This document shows, piece after piece, positions 39,801-52,705 of a DNA stretch of 64,000 bases. Made by a program: the position numbers and the translations under genes. The number at the start of each line of letters is the position of its first letter. The first letter of the stretch is position 1. The notes under the pieces were generated by a model that ran no database searches, was not told where the DNA came from, and saw only the letters and a program-made list of their open reading frames with translations. Source of the stretch: Blepharisma stoltei ATCC 30299 (taxonomy: Eukaryota > Protista > Ciliophora); contig CBFDEM010000025.1 in the NCBI GenBank assembly GCA_965603825.1, forward strand, positions 124,001 through 188,000. Direction: 5' to 3'.

Positions 39801-42800
39801 AGTAGAATATATCATAAAAATTCCTGAATTTGTAATGCCGATATTATTAAAAACTGAACAATTGATTAATGAAAAAAAGCCGCTGTCTGATAATATTGAA
39901 GCGAAAGAGCCAGCATTATTATATGAAATTTCTGTGTTAATAAGATAGGAATAGGAAATTTCGGAGTTGAGAATTGAAATGGCTGATCCTCTTAGTTCGC
40001 ATTGATTCTTAGAAAAAACTGAATTATTGAATATAAAAATAGAATTCTGCTCAATTGCAAGTCCTCCACCATCATGATTAGAAGTATTGTTAAAAATCGT
40101 ACAATTATCGCAAGTTATATTTGAAGCTCCTGACATATAAATCGCTCCACCATCAGAGTTTGCAAAATTTTCTTTAAAAACAGTATTTTTCAAGCTGACA
40201 GCTGATTTATCTTTAATAATCAATGATCCTCCTTGTATTGCTGAATTTTGATAAAAATATGAATATTCATCAATTCATTTTCCTTTAGCTATAATAGCCG
40301 CATTATTCGTATTATTATAAAAGTACAGATATGAAGTAGACAATTGAGTAATATCAGAATTTCCATTTATATACAAAATATTGCTACCTCTATTTGAAAT
40401 TATTTTGCTATTTGAAAAATGTGTTTCAGCTGGAGTTGGGTGATCTATGTTTAAAACTGCAGCATAGCTAGCAGAATTTGAATCAAAAATGCATGAGTCT
40501 ATAGTAAGAATTCCAGATTGCATTCTCGCATATATTGAAGTTGCTTCATTATTAGTAAAATTGGAATAAATGATTTGGCTTGAAGAGTCTAAAATAATCA
40601 TTTTATCAATAAAAATAATATTCTTGCCCCCAATATTGTTTGAGAAAGTCATATCACTCATATATACAGAAATAGATGACACAGTTTCAGTTGAAGTAAA
40701 AGAGATATGGCCTAGATCAGGATTATTATTCTTAATTTCACAGTTTTTAAACGAAATAGTAGAATTTATTCAGTTTCTACCATAAAAAATTAGTGTGCTG
40801 TAAAGAGAGCTAGTAACTGAATCTATAATGCAATCTTCTACTATGAGATTTTGTACAGAATTGGCAGATAATGATGTTTCTCCTCCAATAAAACTGCAGT
40901 TTTTAAATATAAAGCTGCTTTTAGATGTAGAAGAGCTTAAAGATGCAACTGAATTTCCAATTCCGTTATAAAAAGAATTATCTTTAAAAGTCAGGTTCCT
41001 TAAAATGAGCGCTGTGGACATAGTTGCAGCCAAAGCAATGCTATTCCCACTTGATTGATTTTCGATAAAAAAAGAATTTTGAACTACTGTTTGATTTATA
41101 CAGCTTGATAAGATTAATCCTGCATTGTTTTTTGCACAATAACTCTTATAAATAGTGTTGTAATCAAAGATAAAATTATTTATGCTAGCAGTTGATATAA
41201 CTGAATAACAGCTTGGCAATGAAGAGACTACTGATGAATTTATATAAAGATAGCCCAAGCTTTTCAAATAGTTAATAGTCACAGTGTTAATATCTTCGTT
41301 TAAATTGTCTCCATTTGTATTTCAAGTTGAGTTTAGAATAGAAAGATTTGGAAGGCTGGATAAAAAAATTCCTTGCCCTCCAAAAGAGTTTTTAGTAAAA
41401 TTCAAGTATTTAAAAATTATTGTTTTTGGAGGATAGACTACTTTTAGTTTTTTGCCTGAATCCAATGTAATAATTGCTCAATCTCCACTAATGAATTCTT
41501 GAATAAGGTTGCCTTTGTAAGAAATTCTTATAACTCCATCGTCTTCTGAAAAATTATTTAGAAAAGTGCAGTTATTTATTAAGATATTTTGAAGATCCTT
41601 ATTATATTGGAGAATCAAAAATGATGATCTAGAGGCACTGTTGTTCTGGAAAAGCACATTTTCTATACGAATATTTATCAAATTCTCATAAATTGGCTGG
41701 CTGTTATTATCAATTTTTAGTGGCATGTCCATTTGATACTGGTTAATATAGAAAAAGCCATCATAATTAAAGTTGTACTCGAAAATTGAGTTTAGAAGAG
41801 TGAAGTTCAAAATTTGGTTAAATGTAAACATAGCATTTTTTGACAATTCAGGATCATTGTTATTTACTAAGTTATACTCAGCTGTAATATTTTCTATTTC
41901 CACATAATTTATTTGGTTGAGTACCATAAATCCAGCCAATTCAAGACCATTATTAATTTCATATCCATTATTTAGCAAAGAAACGGAGCTATTGATAAAA
42001 TGAATTTCTCCACAATAGTTTGAGTTGCATGAATTCGATATAATGACTCCGCTTTGGGGATTAGCCATTATATTGTAGAAATTAACGAGGCTCATATTCA
42101 AAATTCCTCCATTTAATGTAATAATTGAGTTGTATTGTTGCCTGAAGTTTTTAATTTCCACAATCTAATATAAAAATTACTTTCAAATTTAAAATTCCAT
42201 TTGAATTAATTTCAAAAAAGTTGACACTATTGAATTGAGTACAAGTGGATTGTGGGACATAAGAACTAGAATTAAGTATATTACCATGATCATCAGTAAT
42301 TTTCTCACTACTAATAGTTAATTTCTTGCAATAATCGCAGTCAGAGCAATAAGGACTAAACTTTGTGCTTCCATCAAAAATAATGTTTTCAAAAGTTACA
42401 TCAGTTTGTATGTCAAGTGTTATTGGGTATGTATCAACCAAAATAGTGATTTTATCATTATCATCGACACAGCTGGTGTGATTATAAATCGAGCAATATA
42501 AAGGCTTTACAATAATTTTAATTTGCTTAGCAGACTCTCGAAATAAGGGCCTTGAAGTCGTTGCCTCAAACAAATATTTATCATCGACAACAATCGTTAA
42601 GTTATGTTTGCCTTTCATTAAATAGACAACTGAATACTTTCATGCTAATTGTGCAAATCCATAAGACAGCGAACTATATGGATTATCTATTGAGCCATCC
42701 CCTTGCTCTACATTCTCTGCACTTATAAAACTTTCATCTGGGACTTCTTCTGTGCTCCCATCTGAAATTGGGATACACAGCTGTATATTTAATTTTGAAT

Positions 42801-44010
42801 GATAATAATTCGTATAATATCTCGGACAATTATCAATACAAAATCCATAAAATTGAATATTTGAGCACAATTTGCAAATTTTTAGATTTGAAGCAAGGCA
42901 AAAAGGACAATTTGGATCAGGGCAAGAATCTGAATAGCATCGAAAATAGTCATAAAAGCAATCATCATAATTGCAAGAGTAGTCACAAGATCAGCTCCAC
43001 TTATAATAGCTCAAATAGCAACCATGATTTTTATAGCAATTATTAGGGGTATTGAGTGGATAATTTCAATCATGCATAATCTTTTGAGCATATAATGCAT
43101 TAAGATTAAGATTTACACTATAGCAGCTCGGGTCAAAATCACAGTCTAAAACTAAACATTCTGGCTTACAAGTCCCAAGTTCAGCCAGATGGCAGCCTGG
43201 AGCACACGATGGACAGTCATTTCCATCAAATCCACAGTCTTCGTTATTGCATTCACTATCGCAAATTCCATTGTTTATCATAGAGTTGAAGCAATTAGCA
43301 GCACAATCCCCACATAAATGATTATCATAATTGCATGATTTATATGCACAGACAGAATCACATTTAGAATTTTCTAATAAGTCTGGGTAGCACCCTGGAG
43401 CGCATAAACAGTATCCATTATCATATAAACAGTCAGCTGTGTTACATTGTTGGTCACATCAAAAATTTGTCATTAAACTCCCAGTACATCCTGGACTGCA
43501 TGTCGAATTTCAGCAGCTGTCTCAATCATATTGACAATTATAATTCATACAAGCCCAATCACATATTCCATTTTCGAGCATAGACTTCGTGCAGCCTGGA
43601 CTGCATTCCTAAATAAAGCTTACACAGGTAAAATTGCTGAAATTGCACGAATAATTATTACATTCTGAGTGGCAGACTGAATCTTCAAGAAATTCTAAAG
43701 TGCAGCCATTTGAGCAGTATCCACAATCTCCATGATCAAAACCACAGTAAGCTGAATTGCATGAAGAATCGCAGACTCCGTTACTTGCTAGAGTGCAATT
43801 AGTATAATAAGAGCAATATCATTCACAGTCACCTCCGTCAAAGCTGCAGCCTTGTGTCATACAGCTGGTATCACAATACCCATCACCGATCTGATTAGAA
43901 TTTACAGAATATCAGTAGCAATTTGGCGAGCATAGCGCCAAAACGTAGGGAATTGAGAAGAATTTTAAAAGGAATATAGATCTCAAGTCGCTAAAATAAT
44001 GTTCTGTCAT
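36849..44010 (-). CDS. Large surface/receptor-like protein B (~2371 aa), tandem paralog of A
   Basis: Colinear with A; introns at homologous positions 43891-43905, 43609-43623, 42165-42180; TAG at 36849-36851; spliced length 7116 nt. Confidence 0.9.
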
Positions 44011-45228
44011 ATTAGATAATTATTGGTTAAATGTTTCATAAGGTATTTAAAAAAAACTAAGATCCATTTAAAAATTTGATTTTAAGTTTTTTAAACAATT
44101 GCCTATTTTACTTTTATAGTTAAAACACATTGAATCATATATATTATTATAAATTCTATTTCAGTAATGAAAACAGTTCATCTCTTAATCAAGAGAGCTC
44201 TCCATGGTTTATTTAGAAAATTCTTGCTTATTTAATGGCATATAAGATTTACCCTCAGCAGGCAAAAAGTAAAATTAAGTGCCTAAAGCTATACTAATAT
44301 TTAAAAAGTGCTGTTTAGCGTCTTGCATTATGATTTATCTCTTTGGATTAATCGTACTCAAAGCTATTATCCTTTGCCTAATAGTTATTAGGTTCCACAT
44401 GTGCAAAGTGTTATTCCATATGTGGATGCTCTATATTTGAGCGATTTTACATGTAAAAATTTTCAAACGATTTGAGGTATAGATAATATTACAGATCTCA
44501 AACCTCTTTTTATATTAAATAATTAATGTTTATAAGCTTAAATCAAGCTGGGTTATAGGCTTAATGCATTGAGCTAAGAGACTAAGGATATTGCTCTGAG
44601 CATGTATTGATTTAATAGGTCCGGCTAAACAGCAAAAACTGCCTTAAATTAAAAATTTTTAATGAAACTACTCCTGCCTGTCTTAATCTATTTCCTATCT
44701 TTGATAAAATTAATAGTAGAGATATTAAATTGCTAATATATTGCATATTTTATTACTTTTGCTAGCTCATAAAATATTTTATATAAGAAAATTTGTTAAT
44801 ATAAGATCCAAGCAAGGTTTTAGATGTCAAAATTAGAATCTTTTTTAATCAAGAATGCTCTTAGTCATTTAGTTTATAAATTCCTTTTGTATGATCACAA
44901 TTGAGGGCTGAAAGCGAATTTCAAAAATAGTAGACAAGCTAGAATAAGCTGGCATTTAAATAAGCCAATTTATGAATGCTTGTTGTGATTATGAAATTTC
45001 ACATTTATTGCTTATAATAATTAATATCGATATCTAAATAAATTGCATGCACCTCAGTAATTTATCAATGAGCTAAAATACATTTTTAGCATACAATTAT
45101 TGAGATACAATTTTGAATTTTTATGAGAAATTGTTGAGAATTGAGATTAAATAACGAGCGTTCTATTTCATTCAGTTATTAATATAATTAAATTTCAAGA
45201 TGCTTTTAAGATTAGTATAATAATTAAT

Positions 45229-48190
45229 TTATACACTAATCTGATAGCTTTTCCTTATTTTAACCAGTTCGCTAAGTCTTTTTCTTTCCATTGGATTTTT
45301 TGCTTGCATTAAAGTTAATAACTCTTTTAATCAATTGGCTTTAATCTCATTGTTTATGTAATTTCATCCATAGTCTTTCATCCATTGTTCTCTTTCAATT
45401 GGGGTATGAAAAGGAATATCCTGTATATTTAACTCTAAAAAAACTAATGCTAAGGCATACACATCAGATTTTTGCTTATTCATAATAATTCTTTGTGGTA
45501 ATTCTTCTCCATCCATTTGTGAATAAACTTCTGGAGGTAAATATGTTGGTTGGCCAAACTTATTTGTTAGAGCTAGGTCTGAGAAAATAGCTGTGCCTTT
45601 AGAAACGACAGAAGAGGCATTGTAGTCAGCAATTTTAAATTTTCATCCATCTGTATATTTTTTAACAAATATATTCTGGGGTTTTATGTCCCTATGTACG
45701 ATGCCATAATCGTGCATTAACTTGAACCCTTTTAAAAGCGTGTCAATGCAATATTCTATATTCTTATCACTACGAAGCAGCTTTTCTTTTATTGCTGTTT
45801 CTAAATCTATATCGCATTGCTCCATTGCAAATCCAAAAGTAAACTCTTTATTTTGAGGATCAAAATCTATATATAATCCATAAAATTCCATAAAAATTTC
45901 ATCTTTTTTGCTAAGAAAAATTGCATTCGCTAACTCATTGCAAACTAATTTTATGGCATCATTCTTTGATTTTTCAATTATACATTCTTTGAAAATAACT
46001 TTTTTGTTCTCAGATTCCAGCCAGCCTTTATAAATCCTTGAATTGCTAGTAAGGTTTAAATATAAATCTTTCTCAAATATGATATCTTCTTTATTTAGAA
46101 TTTTAAATCCTCTATTTCTACCTTTATTCAAATGCTCACTATTTTTCTTTGAATTCATTCTAAAAAATTTTTGAGAGCTTCTTTCTTCAAATAATTTTCT
46201 GATTTTATAGAAATTTCTTTTGATTTCTCTTTTTGCCGAAAATTTCCACACTCCTATATACTCTTCGAAAATTTTAGTTTTTTTAAAGTTTTCTTGTCAA
46301 GATCTATAGGAAGTAATTTTAATATTTCTTTTGATGTAGCTCGATCTTCTATATTATTCTCTAAACATTCAACTGCTTCTTTTATTAAAAACGGTTTGTA
46401 TTCCTTATCTTTTGCTAAAAATTTTAAGCATAAAATCAATAATTTGCGATAGGTAATAGCTTCTTGGCCAAATCTCCGAATAAATAAAACGAGTCCAATC
46501 TTTAATGTAGATTGCATATCATGCTTTGTTCATCTTTTTCTAAGCATCCTTCAGCAAATGATTCATCTTCTTTCTTTGAGAATGCAAGAGAAGAGGGTGT
46601 TTTCTTTATTGTTAGTGTCTCTTTTTTGAATGGCAGATTATGAAAAAACTGTGTATTATTTCTATCTGAATTGTTTTCCTTTGCAAAATTATCCATGTTT
46701 CCACTTTTCTGTTGTTTTCGAAAAAAAATTGTCTTCAAATATAAACCTAAACCTTTAAGTCTCATCTTGCAGCGAGAAAATTTTACTATAAAATTTATAT
46801 TTGCTTCTTTGCTTTGAAGTTTCAGCTTCTTTAAATGCATTGATTTTAAGCTTTGCTTTACAAAAATAAATCTTGAATCTTGGTCAATTATTAGCAAAAC
46901 GAGTGCTTATTTCCATATCACCATAATTAAATAATAGGTTTTTTTTTCGGCTTCGATTAAGCTAGAGTTTTTTTGTATTTTAATAACTGGAGTTTGCTGC
47001 AGCTCGATAATATAGATAGATAGATAACTGGAGTTTGCAGAGCAGATGGCGAAGATTGGGCTTTAATTCTTTTTCGTAGTACTTGACGTGATTTTTTGGT
47101 GAAGAGAGCATTTTAAATTATAAATAAACAGACATTAAAAAAAGTCTCCTTATTTGATTTTAGTAAATAAGTTGATATAAAAAGTACATATGATTCTTTT
47201 CTCAAAAATAAAAGTCGAAGTATTTTTTTATATTTTTATTTTCTTCTTATTCTTTTTTTTTATTTATTAAGGTTATCACTCAAGGAAGTCAATTTCTCTT
47301 ATTTTCACAACTTTCTCAATACTCTCGTATTTTTTGATTTATAATTTCTATTTTTTCTCTGTATGTTTCTTTCATCGTTAACTCAAATCTTCATCCACAT
47401 AAAACTATCTCACTAGTCAGTTAAATTCACTCTTTCAAAATCCTTATTTATTCTTAAATAAGAAAAGATAAAATATTTTTTTTTAATTTAAAAACTGTAA
47501 AACTGCATGAATATAGAGAAATCTAAAAAAGTGCATGAGCTTTCTCAAAGCTTGAGCAAAATAACTAGCTTCAACAAATGCAGTAAATATTAAATCGCTA
47601 GAAACTTCTCTAAGTATTTCAAGCAAAAATTTAAAAATGGCATTTAAAATAATACAAATAAAAGTCAGTCGATTAAATCCTTTTGAGTAACAGCGTCAAA
47701 ACTTCCTTAAAATATTTATCTCCATTTCTTCAATTATAGAATAAGTAACAGGTTTTCACTCAAATTGAGAGTCATAAACTATTGTTGAGGAATCTTTTAT
47801 ATTGAAGTGACTATCCTCAAGCTTACGAAGAGCAAAATATGCATTTTCTAATGTGAAATTTTCATAGCAATGCACAGTTAATATAATAATCCATATAGTT
47901 TGAAATTCTTTAGCTCTTTTTTCTTTTATTCAATCAGAATTATTGAATCTGATTCATAGTTTATTTGCATCAGCATTGCTTTGAGATAAAGATTAAGTAA
48001 GAAATACGTCTTAACACTTGAATAAGATGATTTAAAGCTATATTTAGAGGAATATATAAGTTCAGATTTATTATTTCTGATAGGCTAGGCAAATATTCTG
48101 GCTTTAAAAGTGGTTTTCATTCTTCTTCATTTTTAAACTCTTCTATATAATCCTCAATTAGATGATAAAATGAATTTTGTAATTTTCAAT
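45229..48190 (-). pseudogene. Disrupted paralog of the atypical kinase at 48533-50230; kinase domain still open, N-terminal half frameshifted and split by a 1.1-kb insertion
   Basis: 47655-48190 encodes LIEDYIEEFKNEEE, VHCYENFTLENA, TYSIIEEMEINI, DLID-W-LLF matching the neighbour's N-terminus. Resumes with FAE at ~46560; frameshifts near 47703, 46550 and 46298; HRDIKPQN, ADYN, PPE; TAA 45229. Confidence 0.82.
46560..47659. other. 1100-bp insertion flanked by a 5-bp direct repeat (CAAAT at 46555-46559 and 47655-47659)
   Basis: Removing it restores W-L-L-F-A-E exactly as in the intact paralog; no terminal inverted repeat or transposase seen. Confidence 0.75.
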
Positions 48191-48532
48191 AAAATGCAAA
48201 TTCAGCTACTACATTTTGATTTTCAGTAATCTTTAAAGGGTATGGATTAAATCAGGTGATGGTAATACAGAAGAATAAGCTATAAAATTTTGCATCTAAT
48301 TAACTTTAAATTAATTAAAGCTCTATTATCTCATTTTATAGATTAAAAAATTCATTAAATGAGATCTTTACCTTAAAGGAAGCAATATTATAAAGAATTC
48401 AATGTCTAACTCCTGACTAAAAGTTTCTTTATGAGGCACTTTAATTTTAAATTCATTTTTACTTTAAATAGCTTTATCTCTCTAAAAATAAAGAATGACT
48501 TTAAGACTTTTAAGCTAGCAATTTTTATTAAT

Positions 48533-50230
48533 TTATATTCCATTATTCTGATAGCCTGCTCTTATTTTAATAAGCTCGCTAAGCCGTTTCCTTTCTTTCG
48601 GATTTTTGGTAAGCATCAAATTCAGCAAATCTTTTATTCAATAGGGTTTTATATCACAGTTTATATAGCTTGAAATCCATTCTTCTCTTTCTATATAGCT
48701 TGAAAATGTATGAATTTCTTGTTTGCACAATTCTAGAAAAACCAGTCCTAAAGAATAAACATCTGCTTTTTGTTTATTCATTACAATAGTTTTTGGACCA
48801 TTGTCTCCATCATTTTGCACACATTCTGGAGGAATATAAGTCCTTTGGCCTTTGTTATCAAATAAAGTTTGGTATGAAAACAGCGCAGTTCCTTTAGAAA
48901 TTAGAGAAGAGATGTTATAATCAGCAATTTTCAGTTTTAAGCCCCTCTTTGTGTTTTTAACAAATATGTTTTGAGGCTTTATGTCTCTATGTGCAATGCC
49001 ATAATCGTGCAATAACTTGAACCCTTTTAAAAGCGTATCAATGCAATATTCTATATTTTTATCGCTACTAAGCAGCTTTTCTTTTATTGCTCTCTCTAAA
49101 TCCATATCGCATTGCTCCATTACAATTGCAAATGTAAAATCAGAATGGAGGGGTTCAAATTCTTTATATATTCCATAAAATTTCATAAATATTTCATCTT
49201 TTTCGCTAAGGAAAATTGCATTTGCTGCTTCATTGCAGAATAATTTAATCATTGACCATTTCGATTTTTCAATCTTATATTCTTTGACAGCAACCTTTTT
49301 ATTATTTAATGTGCCCATGTAAATCTTTGAATTCGAACTAGCGTTTACAATATCTTTGACATCTTCCCTTATTATATCTTCTTTTGCTAAAACTTTAAAT
49401 CCTTTAGCTTTTTCTCCTTTGCAGAATCTTCTTATATTCCTGAAATTTCTTCTAATTTCTTTCTGTGTTTTAATTGTTCATACTTCTAATTGATTTTCAA
49501 ATATTTTTATTTTTTTCGAGTCTTCGTCGCTTAATTTGTGCGATTTATTAGAGAGCAATTTTAATATTTCTTTTGATGTAGCTCTATCGTCTATGTGGCT
49601 CTCTAAGTACTTAATAGCTTCTTGCTCTAAAAAAAATTTAAAGTTTTCATCGCTTCCTAAAAATTTCAAAGCCAAAATCAATAGCTTTCGGTCTTTAATT
49701 CTTTCTTGACCAAATTTTTGCATATAATAAATAAGTCCTATCTTCACTGTAGATTTCATGTCAAATTTTACCCATTTTCTTCGAATTTTCTCTGCAAATA
49801 AAAGCCATTCAATTAGCTCTTCTTCTGAATCTTTTGATGCAGCTTCTTCGAATTTCATTGTAATATTTATATCCATTTCTGCAATTATAGAATAAGTCTC
49901 TTGCTTTCGCTCAGTTTGAAATTCATAATGTTTTGATGAATTGCTGGACATAAATAGTTTATCTTCAAGAGTAGTAAGAACTATATTTGCATTATTTAAT
50001 GTAAAATCTTCAATATAATGCACAATTGATATGATGGTTCAGATTTTTTCTAATTCATAAAATTTTATAATTTTATCTGAAGATATCTTCGAACTCTGAA
50101 TATTTAAAAATTCAGAGTACCTAGGGAAGGCTGTAGGCTCTAAAAATGGCCTTAATTCTTCTTCATCTTTAAAAAGTTCTATATAATCTTCAAGCAGTCA
50201 AAGAAATGATGTTGGCTCTTTATTTTCCAT
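48533..50230 (-). CDS. Atypical Ser/Thr protein kinase (565 aa) with ~290-aa unknown N-terminal domain
   Basis: Single frame with TGA=Trp from ATG 50230 to TAA 48533; VAVK, HRDIKPQN, DYN in place of DFG, PPE, DVYSLG; no Gly-rich loop. Confidence 0.88.
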
Positions 50231-50530
50231 TTTAATTATAAATTTCTATATTATTGAGGTTTATTTCTATATATGTCATTACTTTACATCATTTTTACAT
50301 AAAATTAACTCAAAATTAATGCATTAACACCATTTAGCTGAATAAATTTACAATATATACACATCATTAAGGATATTTATTATGCTTATTTACTTAAATA
50401 TATTATAAATTATCATCAAATAAAAATTTCATGTAAGCTTAATAAAAAAGTTCAAAAATTAAATTGTAATTAAAGATTTATAGCAAAAATATATGCTAGG
50501 CATGCTATTCATGCTATTAATTATCATTAT

Positions 50531-51109
50531 CTACTTCATTTCAAATAAAGATTCTGGTTTTCCGCTTTTCTTCGAAGGCTTCTGCTGCTGGAATCCTTTT
50601 GATATGGTTTCTGGCTTCCCAGCTCGAGGAGAGACCAAAGGTCCCTTAATGTCTGTGAAGTTAACCTCTTCGCTTTTCCTCTCAACTGCATTAATCAAGC
50701 TTTTTCTATAGAAAAATCCTACAACTACGCAAAATAGCATAGCAGCACAAGATCCAATGTAGCTTCCTCTAACACCCCATGCATTTTCATAGCCTATTTT
50801 GATCTCAAAGTCGTGCCAAAAAATCAGTCCAAGTGTTAGCCCACCGACAATTGCCGTTAGTATTAATAAAAACAGCATATAAACAAATAGCCATTTAAGT
50901 GAGTCTTTTGTCTTTATGCTTGCAATTGCAGTTAACACGATGACAAATCCAAGTAATGCAAATAAACCATCATACCATGAAAAATCATCTTGATCAGCAC
51001 ATATATAAATTGCTAAAGTTGCCACTGCAATGCCTACACCAAGCAAAGCTAGGTTGCATAGAAGGAACATTGAAAACGTGCAATAGTTGCCTGAAGGCCT
51101 TGATTCCAT
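50531..51109 (-). CDS. Four-TM tetraspanin-like membrane protein with very short EC2
   Basis: Four hydrophobic segments; N.L..G pattern in TM1 and L..Y...L in TM3; no CCG motif. Confidence 0.7.
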   Translation of the reverse strand: MESRPSGNYCTFSMFLLCNLALLGVGIAVATLAIYICADQDDFSWYDGLFALLGFVIVLTAIASIKTKDSLKWLFVYMLFLLILTAIVGGLTLGLIFWHDFEIKIGYENAWGVRGSYIGSCAAMLFCVVVGFFYRKSLINAVERKSEEVNFTDIKGPLVSPRAGKPETISKGFQQQKPSKKSGKPESLFEMK

Positions 51110-51406
51110 TTCTATATCAACTGTGGAGAGAAAATTTTAAAGAGACATTTATACTAAAAATTAGGAAATTAGGGCATTTGATATCTGAATGCCAGCAATC
51201 AATTATTAATTATTATTCTTTATATAAGTCTCCATTTATACTAATCAGCCACACCGAATTTAATTTGCCTATTCTTTTCCAGTTTTTCTTCCAAAATACT
51301 CAAAATTTACTTTCTAACTTTGGATTTATTTTATTTTTTACTAAACTTACACAAATCTTGAAATCACCCCAAATTTTCAGCTATTTTCTAATTAAAACAT
51401 TGATAA

Positions 51407-52690
51407 ATGTCTACACTAGAACATCACACTTTAGAAATACAAAAAAAACGATTCGAAAAAGGTAAATTGTAATCAGAACTCAAATTAATTCAACGAATTG
51501 GAGGGGATTTCAGAATCAACACCTCAGAAAGCAGATTTGGACATATAATAAGAGTTGAGCTGCATGACAAACTATTAACTGGCATTCCATATGAATCTGT
51601 TGTTTTTGAAATTTACCTTGAAGGGAAATTCCCGTTCCAGCCTCCTCGAGTGATTTGTGAAACTAATTTCGGCTTCCCTTCAGTTTCAGATGGCAGGGAT
51701 TTGCTTTTAAACATCACTAAAAAGAAATGGGCACCTAGCATCACATCTTTGGACATAATTAATGCCCTACCTGCATATATAGCTGAGCTCCACCAAAAAT
51801 ATCTATTAGGCACCCAAACTGAGGTCGGAACTTTTCACCTCGGAGATATTCATAATATCAGGCAATGGGAAAATAAAGAAGGCATGGGGTGCTTTTTCTG
51901 TACTGAGCTAGGGACTGAAAACAATAAAGAGCAGAATGCAAGAATAATAGTCATTACTCATTCTAAATTTTTAGAGCTTGAACCTCATATTGAGCCTGCT
52001 ATTATGGGGAAAATTGTAAGCTGAGCCACTTTGCAATCAATTAACACAATTTTGACTAATAAAAGTGAACCGAACCAATTTGTTATAGAATGGAAACAAA
52101 TAGAAGATACCCCACCATTCCGCCAAACCTTCAGAACTTCTCAAACAAATGAAGTGCTTGAATTAATTTCTCAAAATACTAGAAGATTAAACACTGTAGC
52201 AAAATCTATAAGTTTATCAATTCCTTTAATAAATGAAGCTGAGGTGTTACCTGATAGGGTAAAAAAAATGAATATTTTCCAAATTTTGAAGTTAATTGAA
52301 GAAGCTGAAAAAAATTTGACAAAATTAATAACCTTAAAAGCTATTGATGAACTAATGAACTTATATCAACAAGCTATTGAATATTTTTCCGCTGTAAATG
52401 ACGAACAATATGGCATTTTCCTAAAAAGAATGCATGGGCTGCTCGCTAACGAAGCTATTCAATCAATTCTTCAAAGACACCCTGACGAAGTCATAGAAAA
52501 TTACGGACCTCTATTCGAGGAAGAAAAAATTGAAGAAAAAGTTTTACTAGAAAGAATTAGAACAAGCCAAACAATTGAGCTTGCAGAAATCAGAGAAGAC
52601 CAAGAAAACACCGAAATGCTCAACAACAGCAGAGAACCCACTGAAGGCGAAGAAAGCGGCCATAGCACAGACTCAGAGCCAAGAGATTAA
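51407..52690 (+). CDS. Ubiquitin-conjugating-enzyme-variant (UEV)-like protein with long C-terminal extension (422 aa); 15-nt intron 51462-51476
   Basis: Splicing GTAAATTGTAATCAG restores the KRFEKEL helix; FPFQPPRV..T..FPSV..GRDLL....W.P E2 pattern lacks HPN and the catalytic Cys; TGA 52022 = Trp. Confidence 0.8.
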
Positions 52691-52705
52691 ATTAATTATA
52701 ATAAA

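Noticed and set aside
28520-44010. Bacterial Pmp/autotransporter genes or horizontal transfer
   Set aside because: Spliceosomal micro-introns, host code, and an alpha-helical multi-TM C-terminus rather than a beta-barrel.
50956-51465. 169-aa plus-strand ORF, and similar short F/I/L/K-rich ORFs (e.g. 2423-2620, 12299-12529, 13896-14201, 26342-26944, 53056-53505, 62312-62695)
   Set aside because: They overlap better-supported genes on another strand or frame, or reflect AT-rich intergenic composition.
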